Position numbers and translations under genes: made by a program
Notes under the pieces: model-generated
Told to the model about the DNA's origin: nothing
The model's input: the letters and a program-made list of their open reading frames with translations, nothing else
Databases searched by the model: none
Shown: piece by piece, positions 27,937-36,931 of the stretch
Layout: the number at the start of each line of letters is the position of its first letter
How positions within the stretch are numbered: the first letter of the stretch is position 1
Source: an uncultured Oscillospiraceae bacterium
GTDB taxonomy: Bacteria; Bacillota; Clostridia; Oscillospirales; Oscillospiraceae
Reading direction: 5' to 3'
Assembly: GCA_944385175.1 (NCBI GenBank)
Contig: CALWWB010000001.1
Location: 1 to 50,433, forward strand
DNA: 50,433 nucleotides

Positions 27937-29277
27937 TTATCCGCCGATTATGGAATCCACTCCAAAATAGGCGGCCATATATTTGTTGGGCCAGGAGTCG
28001 GCTTCCTCTGTGTTCAGGTATCCCAGACCCTCCAGAGCACAGTAGCCTGTGCTGGAATAGACCCGGTACACCTCCACATCCATGATGCCCTCTTCCCGGC
28101 AGGCTACTATCTGCTTTTCATTTTCAGTGAGATAATAATTTGTCTTGACTATATCCTGGACACCGATGCTGCCTTTGTAGGCGGCTGCCATGAGGCAGAT
28201 AAACCCCAGGGCAGTTACCAGGGGCCGGAGACGTACATCCTGGAAAAGAGCGGCAAAGAGCACCGCGTCGGCGGCAATTATCAGTAGAGTACCTATATAG
28301 GCGCTGCGCTCCGGGAAAAAGCTGGCAAAAGTGAGCACGAACACAGCTGCCAGGGAACCCAACATAAACATGGCGGCAAGTATCTGAGTATCCTGATCCA
28401 GCTTTCGGCTGTAGGCAATGGCAGCCAGAACGGTGTACACCACCAGGGGAGCCCAGATACGGCGGTACATGTCGATGGCGGTGACGAAATTGTCAAAAAG
28501 GTTGGAGACCGTGAACTGGCTGGACTTGTTTGCTATCTGTGCCGGGGCCGTCATCATGAAGGCAAAGCCCACCAAGGCGGCCAGTACCGATATCCACAGG
28601 TAAGGGGAAATTTTCTGCTTTTTCACAAAACGGCCCAGGAGCATGAAGCAGCAGGAGAGGAAGATGACGGTGGAGGCGCAGTTTTCGGAATAAGCCCCCA
28701 CCAGCAGAGCTGCCAGCACATAGAGTATGCGGCCGGGCAGGGACTTGATATCCCGGTCATATATGTATTTCCTGATGTATACGGTGAGGAAAAGCAGGGA
28801 GAAGAAGGTGGCCCAGAGGTAGTTCACCGAGCCGTCCTGCCAGAGGATGACCTGGCCGAAGTTTAAGGTAAATATCCAGATGCAGCCGAAGATGCAGCAC
28901 AGCAGCAGATTGCTGCGCTCCCGGCCCCGGTTGGCTATACGGTACACCAGGTACACTTCGCCCACCAGCACCGCGGAATTCACCAGCTTGAAAACCCATA
29001 GCGGCAGCATCAGGGATATCTGCACCAGACCGTGGGATATGAGCCTGCCGTTCATGGTCAGACGGTGGGCCGCCATAGAGGGGATGAGCTGGCTGAGGCT
29101 CTCCATGCGGCTGTTGTCGGCAAAGCTGAAACAATACATGTAATCATCAGCCAGCAGATTGGTCTTAAGGTTGCAGTAGAGCATCACCAGATACATGAAG
29201 GCGATGATAAGAAGCATCAGGGGCTTTGAGCGGTTTATTCTACCAAAGGGGATAATAAGGGGATTTGTCTCTTTCAT
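27937..29277 (-). CDS. Large polytopic membrane protein, DUF6056/GT-C-like (family from memory, unverified)
   Basis: About 446 aa with more than 10 hydrophobic spans, the motif NLLADDYMY near the N-terminus, and a soluble C-terminal tail. ATG 29277 has GGAG upstream. It is the last gene of the SEDS/PBP2 operon. Confidence 0.78.
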   Translation of the reverse strand: MKETNPLIIPFGRINRSKPLMLLIIAFMYLVMLYCNLKTNLLADDYMYCFSFADNSRMESLSQLIPSMAAHRLTMNGRLISHGLVQISLMLPLWVFKLVNSAVLVGEVYLVYRIANRGRERSNLLLCCIFGCIWIFTLNFGQVILWQDGSVNYLWATFFSLLFLTVYIRKYIYDRDIKSLPGRILYVLAALLVGAYSENCASTVIFLSCCFMLLGRFVKKQKISPYLWISVLAALVGFAFMMTAPAQIANKSSQFTVSNLFDNFVTAIDMYRRIWAPLVVYTVLAAIAYSRKLDQDTQILAAMFMLGSLAAVFVLTFASFFPERSAYIGTLLIIAADAVLFAALFQDVRLRPLVTALGFICLMAAAYKGSIGVQDIVKTNYYLTENEKQIVACREEGIMDVEVYRVYSSTGYCALEGLGYLNTEEADSWPNKYMAAYFGVDSIIGG

Positions 29278-29299
29278 TGCACACTCCAACTGAAGGCCC

Positions 29300-30034
29300 T
29301 CAGTCGCCGAACACCCACAGATGGGTGACGCCAAAGGCCTCCCTGATATAGCAGTTCAGCATATATATAGGATAGCCGGGATGCCCGGCCACGCCGGCCA
29401 CATCGGCCCCAAGCATTTTCGCCATGGTCTTTGCCCTGTAGAGGTGGTAGGAGCTGGACAGCACAGCCACGTTCCCGTCAGGCTCGTCCCCCATCTCCCG
29501 GATTATTTCAAAGGAGAAGGTGAGATTTTCCATGGTGGAAGTAGATTCATTTTCGCATATTATCCTATCCCTGTCAACCTCGTGACGGATGAGCCAATCC
29601 CTCATACACTCCGCCTCGCTGATGTTTTCCCCCGGACCCTGGCCGCCGCTGACAATAACTGTGGTATCCGGGTATTCATTGAGATAGTCCAGGGCGCCTT
29701 CCAGCCTGTTGACCAGAGCCACAGTGGGGGTATCTCCCCTGACGGCGGCCCCCAGTACGATGAGATATTTCCGCTCCGGGTCGGGGTCGGTGCGGGAATT
29801 TTTAATTATCGGCAGCTCCACAAGACAAAAATAAATAAAACCTATGCTCACCAGTATAAATACCCAGCGCCGGAATACATCGTTTCCAAAGCGGTGGACA
29901 AGTATCAGCGCCGCTATGAACAGCAGGGTATAGCTTATGTAGGTATAGCCCCGCATGCAGAAAAAGAAGAAAGCGGCGGCTATCACCAGCACTGCTACGC
30001 TCAGGCCCCAGAAGGGCAAATTCTTTATGCTCAT
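29300..30034 (-). CDS. YdcF/DUF218 (ElyC/SanA-like) family protein
   Basis: The pattern LIVLGAAV...VIVSGGQG...SEAECMRDWL...ENESTSTMEN is typical of DUF218. The start ATG 30034 overlaps the ABC-F stop (ATGA). Confidence 0.85.
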   Translation of the reverse strand: MSIKNLPFWGLSVAVLVIAAAFFFFCMRGYTYISYTLLFIAALILVHRFGNDVFRRWVFILVSIGFIYFCLVELPIIKNSRTDPDPERKYLIVLGAAVRGDTPTVALVNRLEGALDYLNEYPDTTVIVSGGQGPGENISEAECMRDWLIRHEVDRDRIICENESTSTMENLTFSFEIIREMGDEPDGNVAVLSSSYHLYRAKTMAKMLGADVAGVAGHPGYPIYMLNCYIREAFGVTHLWVFGD

Positions 30035-31896
30035 TGTTCCAACTCCTCCCACTTTTCATAGAGCTCCAGAAGCTGGCTTTCCAGTTCCTCTTTCTGAGTG
30101 CCTATTTCCATGAGCTTCTGGTAATCGGTGGCATATTCTTCCGAGAGCTTATCCAGCTCTGAAGATTTTTCCTCCAGGCGCTGTATCTCCCGCTCCAGCC
30201 GGGCAATGGCCTTATCGTTATTCTTTTGCCGCTGGGGCTTGGGCTTCTTCTCCCGCTCCTGGCGTTTTTCCGTCTGGGAGAATATCTCCTGGCGGCTTTT
30301 CCACTGACGGTATTCCCCATAGCTGCCCCGGAAATCTGTGATCTGCCCGTCGGAGAGGGCCCAAATGCGAGTGGCAAATTTTTCGATGAAGTACCGGTCA
30401 TGGGAGACAAAGAGCAGGGTCTGCTCATAGTCGGCCAGGGCATCCTCCATCCATTCCCGGCTGGCGATATCCAGGTGGTTTGTGGGCTCGTCCAGGATTA
30501 GAAAGTTGATATCCCCGCCCATGAGCATGCACAGACGCAGGCGGCTTTTCTCTCCGCCGGACAGTGCCCCTACGGGAGTGAACACATCCTCTCTCCTGAA
30601 GCCGAAGGCCGCCAGGCGGTCACGGGCCTCCTGGGGCTGACAGCGGCAATCGTAAAGCATGGTGTCAAGGGCCGAACGGTCGTCCCGGGAGAAGCTGACC
30701 ATCTGGGGCAGATATGCCGTACGCACGGCGGGACCCTTATAGAGATAGCCGGTGTCCGGTGTCTCCTCGCCCATGATGAGCTTTACCAGAGTGGATTTGC
30801 CGGTCCCGTTGTCTCCGATGAGAGCGATAAGCTCCCCGCCGGCCACCTCCATGGAAAGACCGGAGAACAATAGCCTGTCCCCAAAACCTTTTGAGATATC
30901 GTCCAGCACCAGCACCTCATCGCCGCTGAACTGCCGCTCCTTGAATTTAACGCTGAGCTTCTTCTGCTCCGTGGGCTTTTCGCTGCTTTTAAGCTTCTCT
31001 ATGCGCTTTTCCATGGAGAAAGCCCTCTTGTGGAGCTTGTCGTTGCCCATGAAAGCCCAGAGGTGCATCTGCTCTGCCGCCCGGGTGAGTTGCTCTATTT
31101 TGGCCTGATCCTTCTCGTACTTCTTCAGCTTCTCCTCAAAGCGGCGCTGCCGCTCCTGAACATAAAAGCTGTAGTTGCCGCTGTAGAATTCCGCCTTTCC
31201 ATCGCTTATCTCTATGCTGCGCTGCACCACTTTGTCCAGAAAAAACCGGTCGTGGCTTATCACCAGAACGGTGCCCTTGAAGCGGAGCAGATAGTCCTCC
31301 AGCCACTCGGTAGAACGCAGGTCCAGATGGTTGGTGGGCTCGTCCAGCAGCAGGATGTCCGTGTCCTCCAGGATGAGACGGGCCAGGTTCACCCGGGTTC
31401 TCTCACCGCCGGAGAGGGACTCGAAGCTCTGAGACAGCATGGCTGGGGAGATATCCAGGCCGTTGGCCACCCGGGCCCTGTCCGTGTCCATATCGTAGCC
31501 GCCCAGACGGCGGAAGTCCTCCTGGAGCCGGTCATACTCCGTCAGCAGGGCGCGTGACTGTTCCTTTTCCAGCAGCAGGCTCACTTCGTCCATGCGCCGG
31601 GCAATATCATAGAGGTGGCGGTGGGCGTGCTTGAGAACCTGCTCCGTGGTCCAGCCTTCCGGGTACACCGGTATCTGGGACACCAGGCCCAGGCGCTTGG
31701 AAGGGGCGATCATCACCTCCCCCTCGTCGGGGCACAGCTGGCCGGAGAGGATGCGGAAAAGGGTGGTCTTGCCGCAGCCGTTGTGGCCCAGGATGCCCAC
31801 ACGCTCCCCGGAGTTGACGGTGAAGGAGAGGCCGTCCAATATGTTTTTCCCCAGCTCAAAGGATTTGACCAGGGCATTTACCGAAATGTCTATCAT
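30031..31896 (-). CDS. ABC-F family ATPase (two ABC domains, no TM, Uup-like C-terminal coiled coil)
   Basis: Two Walker A motifs (GHNGCGKTT, GDNGTGKST), two LSGGE signatures, and a Lys/Glu-rich C-terminal helix. Confidence 0.95.
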   Translation of the reverse strand: MIDISVNALVKSFELGKNILDGLSFTVNSGERVGILGHNGCGKTTLFRILSGQLCPDEGEVMIAPSKRLGLVSQIPVYPEGWTTEQVLKHAHRHLYDIARRMDEVSLLLEKEQSRALLTEYDRLQEDFRRLGGYDMDTDRARVANGLDISPAMLSQSFESLSGGERTRVNLARLILEDTDILLLDEPTNHLDLRSTEWLEDYLLRFKGTVLVISHDRFFLDKVVQRSIEISDGKAEFYSGNYSFYVQERQRRFEEKLKKYEKDQAKIEQLTRAAEQMHLWAFMGNDKLHKRAFSMEKRIEKLKSSEKPTEQKKLSVKFKERQFSGDEVLVLDDISKGFGDRLLFSGLSMEVAGGELIALIGDNGTGKSTLVKLIMGEETPDTGYLYKGPAVRTAYLPQMVSFSRDDRSALDTMLYDCRCQPQEARDRLAAFGFRREDVFTPVGALSGGEKSRLRLCMLMGGDINFLILDEPTNHLDIASREWMEDALADYEQTLLFVSHDRYFIEKFATRIWALSDGQITDFRGSYGEYRQWKSRQEIFSQTEKRQEREKKPKPQRQKNNDKAIARLEREIQRLEEKSSELDKLSEEYATDYQKLMEIGTQKEELESQLLELYEKWEELEQ

Positions 31897-33218
31897 TGCT
31901 TATCTACCTTTATGTTTTCTACTGCCCATTGCAGCACGTTGTTGGCGATGGGGCCGGAGGTGCTGAGCCCATAGCCGCCCCGTTCCACCAGGGTTACAAA
32001 GGCAAAAGGATGTTCATCGTCGGCCAGGAAGCCCACGAACCAGGCATGGGAGGTGCCGTCTCCCAGCTCGGCGGTGCCGGTTTTGGCGCAGAGCTTAAGA
32101 CCCGGGAAGTTCTCCTCCCCGTTGTAGTGGTCCACCACGTTGTAGTTCATCATCTGTTTGAGCCTGCCGGCGGTGGAGGCTTCCATATACCGGATGCTCT
32201 CCGCCTCGGTGTCGTCCAGAATCAAGCTGGGCTCTATCAGCTCCCCGCCGTTAGCTACGGCGCAGAGGAAGCGCAGCATGGCATAGGGACAGACCATGTC
32301 TGTGGACTGGCCTATGCCGGACCAGCCCAGCTCCGGGTCGCCTACAAAATCTGTGGGATAGCTGCCGGCGGCGGTGTTTATGCCGTTGAGCTCATGACTG
32401 TCCAGAAAACCGTAGTTTGTCACATAGTCCACCATAGTGTCCTGGCCCAGCATCACCGCTATCTGGGCAAAGGCCACGTTGCAGGAGTTGGAGAGGGCCT
32501 GTTCAAAGGTCTGGGTGTAATGGGAGCCGGTGCAGATTATAGGTACTCCGGCTATCTCGTATTCACCTTCGCAGTAGAATTCCATATCATTGATACCCTC
32601 TATCTGCTCCAGGGCAGCGGCGGCGGTGATGAGCTTGAAGATGGAGCCCGGTGTGAAGCTGGCGGAGAGGCAGCGGTTTATATAGGTGCCGTCCTTAAGC
32701 TCTGCCTCGGTGTCCAGAGGGTCCGTAGATGGCACGGATACCAGGCCCAGAATCTCCCCCGTCTTATAGTTTGAGAGGAGCATCAGGCCCTTGGTATCCT
32801 CACCCAGGGCCATGAGCTGGTCGTAGATGTATTCGTTGAGCTTTGAGTCTATACTCAGGGTGAGGACGCTGTCCTCGGTCTTGGTCATGCCGGTAAATAT
32901 GGAAAAGTCCTGCATGCCGCTCCAGTAGCGGGAGAGCACGCCGGCTCCCGTGCGGCCCCAGTAGTCCCCGGTGACGTGGTAATTGGCAGTCCTCACATGG
33001 GCATCCAGGGAAAATTCCTCCCTGGACTGGCCGAAGGAGGCCAGCATCTGCCCGTTCCTGTCCAGCAGCAGGCCGCTGGAGCCGGAGTTCACCCGGGAGA
33101 AGTACAAGGCCCAGTCCTGGCCCCGGTCCACATATTCCAGCAGATAGAAGCCCATTCCGCAGATCACCAGAGCCGCTATCAGCAGCAGGGAGAAAGAGCG
33201 GTTAGTTATCTTCCTCAT
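31893..33218 (-). CDS. Class B penicillin-binding protein (PBP2-type transpeptidase)
   Basis: SxxK (TPGSIFK), SxN (SNS) and KTGT motifs, with an N-terminal TM. The stop overlaps the ABC-F start (ATGA). Confidence 0.92.
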   Translation of the reverse strand: MRKITNRSFSLLLIAALVICGMGFYLLEYVDRGQDWALYFSRVNSGSSGLLLDRNGQMLASFGQSREEFSLDAHVRTANYHVTGDYWGRTGAGVLSRYWSGMQDFSIFTGMTKTEDSVLTLSIDSKLNEYIYDQLMALGEDTKGLMLLSNYKTGEILGLVSVPSTDPLDTEAELKDGTYINRCLSASFTPGSIFKLITAAAALEQIEGINDMEFYCEGEYEIAGVPIICTGSHYTQTFEQALSNSCNVAFAQIAVMLGQDTMVDYVTNYGFLDSHELNGINTAAGSYPTDFVGDPELGWSGIGQSTDMVCPYAMLRFLCAVANGGELIEPSLILDDTEAESIRYMEASTAGRLKQMMNYNVVDHYNGEENFPGLKLCAKTGTAELGDGTSHAWFVGFLADDEHPFAFVTLVERGGYGLSTSGPIANNVLQWAVENIKVDKQ

Positions 33219-34989
33219 ACTCGTCCTCCTGCCATGATTCTATAAAGGGATTGCCCTCGGCAATGTTCACGTATTCATCCGCATCCTCTTCCATATCCTC
33301 ATCCTCTTCCCCTCCCAGCTTCCTGGCGGAGCGGACGGCAAAGCTGGCATCCCGCCGGTTGTCGGCGCTTTTTATAAAGGCCATGAGCAGCCAGCATGAG
33401 ATGAGGGAGCTGCCGCCCCGGGATACAAAAGGGAAAGTGACGCCGGTGAAGGGCAGCAGATCCAGAGAGCCGAAAACGTTCAGGGACATCTGGCTGAGCA
33501 GCAGGGCCATGGCGGCGCAGGCGGCTATTGGGTAATAGGCGGAGCGTCCGTGCCTGGCGGAGCGGACGGCAAAAAAGGCCATGACCAGCACGGCAGCCAC
33601 CATGCACAGGCCCACGATAAGGCCCAGTTCTTCACAGATTACGGCAAAGACCATATCCGTGTTGGCGGCAAATATATCGTCCAGCCAGCCGAAGCCGGCC
33701 CCCTTGCCGGTGAGCCCTCCTGAGGCGGCGGCGGACATGGCCCGGGTCTGCTGGAAACCCGCCCCATAGACATCCTCCCAGGCATGGCCCCAGGTGGCGA
33801 AGCGCTGGGCAATGTAGGGCTTTACGGTGACAGCCAGAAAGCCTGCCAGACCCGCCGCGGACACCGCCAGAAACACCGTGCCCAGGCTGCCGGAGCGCAT
33901 ATAGGATATTATAAGAAACGTGATAAAAAAGATGAGGGCCGTGCCGAAGTCCCCGATCAGGGCCAAGGCAACAACGCACAGGGCGGAAAAGCCGATGAAA
34001 CCGTAGAGGTTCCGGCGGAAAAAGAGCCGCTCCAGAGTGGAGGAACCCACATAGATGTAACAGGCCTTTACTATCTCCGAAGGCTGGAAGGAATAGCCTC
34101 CGAATTCCAGCCAGTTTTTGGCGCCCATTACTGCATCGCTGGCCACTACGTTCACTGCCAGAAGGGCAAGGGCCAGTCCGGCAACAGGGATGCGAAAAGC
34201 CATGGTGCGCCGGAGATTGCGCAGCCACCAGCCGCCAAAGAGGAACAGGGCCACAGCGGCAATGGTCAGCAGCATCTGCCTGTACATGTCCTCAGGCGTG
34301 GAGGAGGCCGCCACACTCATGCCAAGGCTGGTGAGGTAGAAGGCCAGAGTTTCCACTTCAAAACCGCTGCGGTTCATAAGCCTCATGGCGCTGTAGCAGC
34401 ACCACTGGAGGGCAATAAGGGCCACAAAGGCCAGGGCTATGGAGCGGATGTGCTCCGTATCGGCAGACAGGACGTGCTGCAAAAGCAGAGCCAGCTGGAA
34501 CAGGCTGAGCTCCAGCAGAGTGACGGTGGGGGACACATGGAGCCCGGCGCTGGTACGTACTGCCTCGTTCTGTTCCATATCCCCGGCAGTGAGATCCCGG
34601 AATTTAAGGGTCAGGCCGCCCAGATTTATCACGTCCCCGGTGTCTACCGGGGCGCCGCTGCCCCCAACTTTGACGCCGTTTACCCAGACGCCGCTGCGGG
34701 AATAGATGTCGTATATCTTCCATATGCCCCTGTCGTTTCTGGACAGCACTGCATGGCAGCGGCTGACACCGGGATAGCAAAGGCGTATATCGGAGCTGAG
34801 GGAGCGGCCGATTAGATTTTCCCAGTGGGTAAGCGTATAATTTTCTCCCTCGCAGCTGAGATGCCCCCAGATCTCCGACTCATATTTTTCGCTGAGCATG
34901 GAGCGCAGGCAGCGGGCCAGGATGAGTATGGACAGTATGATGACCGCAAATTTGGATGTAGTCAGCACATATTCCAGAAAGACCTCCAT
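33202..34989 (-). CDS. FHA-domain-fused SEDS protein (FtsW/RodA/SpoVE family)
   Basis: The N-terminal FHA-like segment reads NLIGRSLSSDIRLCYPGVSRCHAVL...VWVNGVKV. A 10-TM SEDS core follows, with FQPSEIVK and LPFTGVTFPFVSRGGSS. ATG 34989 comes after GAGAGGAGG. There is a 17-nt overlap with the PBP2 start. Confidence 0.9.
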   Translation of the reverse strand: MEVFLEYVLTTSKFAVIILSILILARCLRSMLSEKYESEIWGHLSCEGENYTLTHWENLIGRSLSSDIRLCYPGVSRCHAVLSRNDRGIWKIYDIYSRSGVWVNGVKVGGSGAPVDTGDVINLGGLTLKFRDLTAGDMEQNEAVRTSAGLHVSPTVTLLELSLFQLALLLQHVLSADTEHIRSIALAFVALIALQWCCYSAMRLMNRSGFEVETLAFYLTSLGMSVAASSTPEDMYRQMLLTIAAVALFLFGGWWLRNLRRTMAFRIPVAGLALALLAVNVVASDAVMGAKNWLEFGGYSFQPSEIVKACYIYVGSSTLERLFFRRNLYGFIGFSALCVVALALIGDFGTALIFFITFLIISYMRSGSLGTVFLAVSAAGLAGFLAVTVKPYIAQRFATWGHAWEDVYGAGFQQTRAMSAAASGGLTGKGAGFGWLDDIFAANTDMVFAVICEELGLIVGLCMVAAVLVMAFFAVRSARHGRSAYYPIAACAAMALLLSQMSLNVFGSLDLLPFTGVTFPFVSRGGSSLISCWLLMAFIKSADNRRDASFAVRSARKLGGEEDEDMEEDADEYVNIAEGNPFIESWQEDEYEEDN

Positions 34990-35088
34990 AGCCTGCCTCC
35001 TCTCCCTCAAATCGGATTTCCTTATAATATAACATAGGTTTCACCGAAAAGCCAGAAAATATATGTTAAAGCTACGGGCGTATGGTGA

Positions 35089-35117
35089 TTGACAAGGGGA
35101 AGAGAATAAACTAATAT
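35089..35117 (+). promoter_or_regulatory. Near-consensus sigma-A promoter for the NusG-II / Gx-transporter pair
   Basis: TTGACA, 17 nt, TAATAT. The -10 element overlaps the first ATG of the ORF. Confidence 0.55.
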
Positions 35118-35484
35118 GTATCCTATGGACAGAAAAACAAAAATTTGGATATCGATACTTTTTGCCGTTGTGCTGCTGGGGCTGCTGGGCTGGTGGGCCC
35201 TGGGCAGCCTGGGGAGCGGCAATGTTGCCGTAATCACAGTGGACGGGGTGGAGTATGACCGGATAGACCTGTCAAAGGTCACGGATAGCTATGATATTGA
35301 AATAGATACACAATACGGCCATAACACCGTACACGTGGAGCCGGGGCGCATATCAGTCACGGAGGCGGACTGCCCCGACGGAATATGTGTTGCCCAGGGA
35401 GCCATAGACAAGGGTGGCGTGCCTATAGTGTGTATGCCCCATCATCTGGTGGTAAAAATAGAGGGGAGCGACATTGATGCCTAA
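35116..35484 (+). CDS. NusG domain II-containing (DUF1312) membrane-anchored protein
   Basis: 122-aa ORF with a TM anchor and the motif EADCPDGICVAQG...VCMPHHLVVKI. The true start may be ATG 35125 (see the leaderless finding). Confidence 0.8.
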   Translation: MYPMDRKTKIWISILFAVVLLGLLGWWALGSLGSGNVAVITVDGVEYDRIDLSKVTDSYDIEIDTQYGHNTVHVEPGRISVTEADCPDGICVAQGAIDKGGVPIVCMPHHLVVKIEGSDIDA

Positions 35485-35977
35485 GACCAGGAAGCTGGCT
35501 TTGATGGCTCTGCTCACAGCCATTGCCCTGACCATCTTCATGATAGAGAGCCAGCTGCCGCCGCCGGTGCCCATTCCGGGAGTTAAGCTGGGCCTGGCAA
35601 ATATAATAACTTTGGTGACCATGCTGCTGCTGGGCAGAAAGGAGGCCGGGGCGGTGCTGACCGTCCGGGTGATAATGGGTGCAATGTTCTCCGGAAGCAT
35701 GGCCTCCCTGCTCTACAGTGCAGCTGGAGGAGCCCTGGCTTATGCCGTCATGTGCATTACGGTGAAGCTCTTCAGTGAAAAACAGTTGTGGATAGTCAGC
35801 GCCCTGGCGGGTATTGCCCACAATGCCGGTCAGCTTCTGGCCTGTGTGCTCATTATACAGACTCCCGGTGTGCTGGCCTACGGCCCAATACTGGCGGTAT
35901 CGGGAGTAATGAGCGGCTGCTTTACCGGCTTTGCCGCCATGTATCTGGTGAGGGCTCTGAAAAAACTGAGGCCCTGA
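35477..35977 (+). CDS. Gx transporter family protein (heptaprenyl-diphosphate-synthase component I-like)
   Basis: The pattern IALTIFMIESQLPPPVPIPGVKLGLANIITL is typical. Five hydrophobic spans. The gene overlaps the preceding stop by 8 nt. Confidence 0.85.
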   Translation: MPKTRKLALMALLTAIALTIFMIESQLPPPVPIPGVKLGLANIITLVTMLLLGRKEAGAVLTVRVIMGAMFSGSMASLLYSAAGGALAYAVMCITVKLFSEKQLWIVSALAGIAHNAGQLLACVLIIQTPGVLAYGPILAVSGVMSGCFTGFAAMYLVRALKKLRP

Positions 35978-36011
35978 AAGCAGGCGGACTTAAAAATTCA
36001 TAAAAGGTAAT

Positions 36012-36039
36012 TTGACTAATCCGGCAATTGGTATATAAT
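36012..36039 (+). promoter_or_regulatory. Sigma-A-type promoter for the Mrp/NifX-like pair
   Basis: TTGACT, 16 nt, TATAAT. Confidence 0.45.
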
Positions 36040-36101
36040 AAGACCATTGAACAAAGGGAAATGTTTCCCAAAACCTGAGGAAAGGCAGAGAATTTTCAAA
36101 T

Positions 36102-36926
36102 ATGAGCCAGTGCAACCACGATTGTTCATCCTGCAGTGAAAACTGCTCGGAGAGAAGCCCGGAGAGCTTCCGCAAAGAGTTGAACCCCCAGTCTAGCGTG
36201 AAAAAGGTAATTGCCGTAGTCAGCGGCAAGGGCGGCGTGGGCAAGTCCCTGGTCACCAGCCTTATGGCTTCGGAGCTGCAGCGCAGGGGATATAACTGCG
36301 CCATACTGGATGCAGACATCACAGGTCCCTCTATCCCCAAATCCTTCGGCATCCATCAGCATGCCACCGCTACCGACGAGTATATTATACCTGTACGCAC
36401 CCACACGGGTATGCAGATAATGTCCATAAATCTCATCCTGGAGGATGAGACATCCCCAGTAGTCTGGCGCGGCCCTGTGATAGCCGGAGCCGTCACCCAG
36501 TTCTGGACCGACGTGGTATGGCAGGATGTGGACTATATGTTTGTGGACATGCCTCCCGGAACAGGAGATGTACCTCTCACCGTGTTCCAGTCCCTGCCTG
36601 TAGACGGAATCGTCATCGTCACGTCCCCCCAGGATCTGGTGAGCATGATAGTCACCAAGGCCGTGAACATGGCGGATATGATGAATGTCCCAGTGCTGGG
36701 CATAGTTGAAAACATGTCTTATTTCAAGTGCCCCGACTGCGGCAAAGAGCACGCCATATTTGGAGAGAGTAAGGTGGAGAAGATCGCCGCAGAGCATGGC
36801 ATAGAGCATATTGCCCGGCTGCCCATAGACCCGGTTATCGCTACCATGGTGGATGCAGGCGAGGTGGAGTCCGTCAGCGGTGAGTATATAGCCCCCATTG
36901 CAGACTATATCGAAAAGGAGATTTAA
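36102..36926 (+). CDS. Mrp/NBP35 (ApbC-type) P-loop ATPase, Fe-S cluster carrier
   Basis: Deviant Walker A SGKGGVGKS, the CPDC motif in ENMSYFKCPDCGKEH, and an N-terminal Cys cluster CNHDCSSCSENC. Confidence 0.93.
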   Translation: MSQCNHDCSSCSENCSERSPESFRKELNPQSSVKKVIAVVSGKGGVGKSLVTSLMASELQRRGYNCAILDADITGPSIPKSFGIHQHATATDEYIIPVRTHTGMQIMSINLILEDETSPVVWRGPVIAGAVTQFWTDVVWQDVDYMFVDMPPGTGDVPLTVFQSLPVDGIVIVTSPQDLVSMIVTKAVNMADMMNVPVLGIVENMSYFKCPDCGKEHAIFGESKVEKIAAEHGIEHIARLPIDPVIATMVDAGEVESVSGEYIAPIADYIEKEI

Positions 36927-36931
36927 ACACT

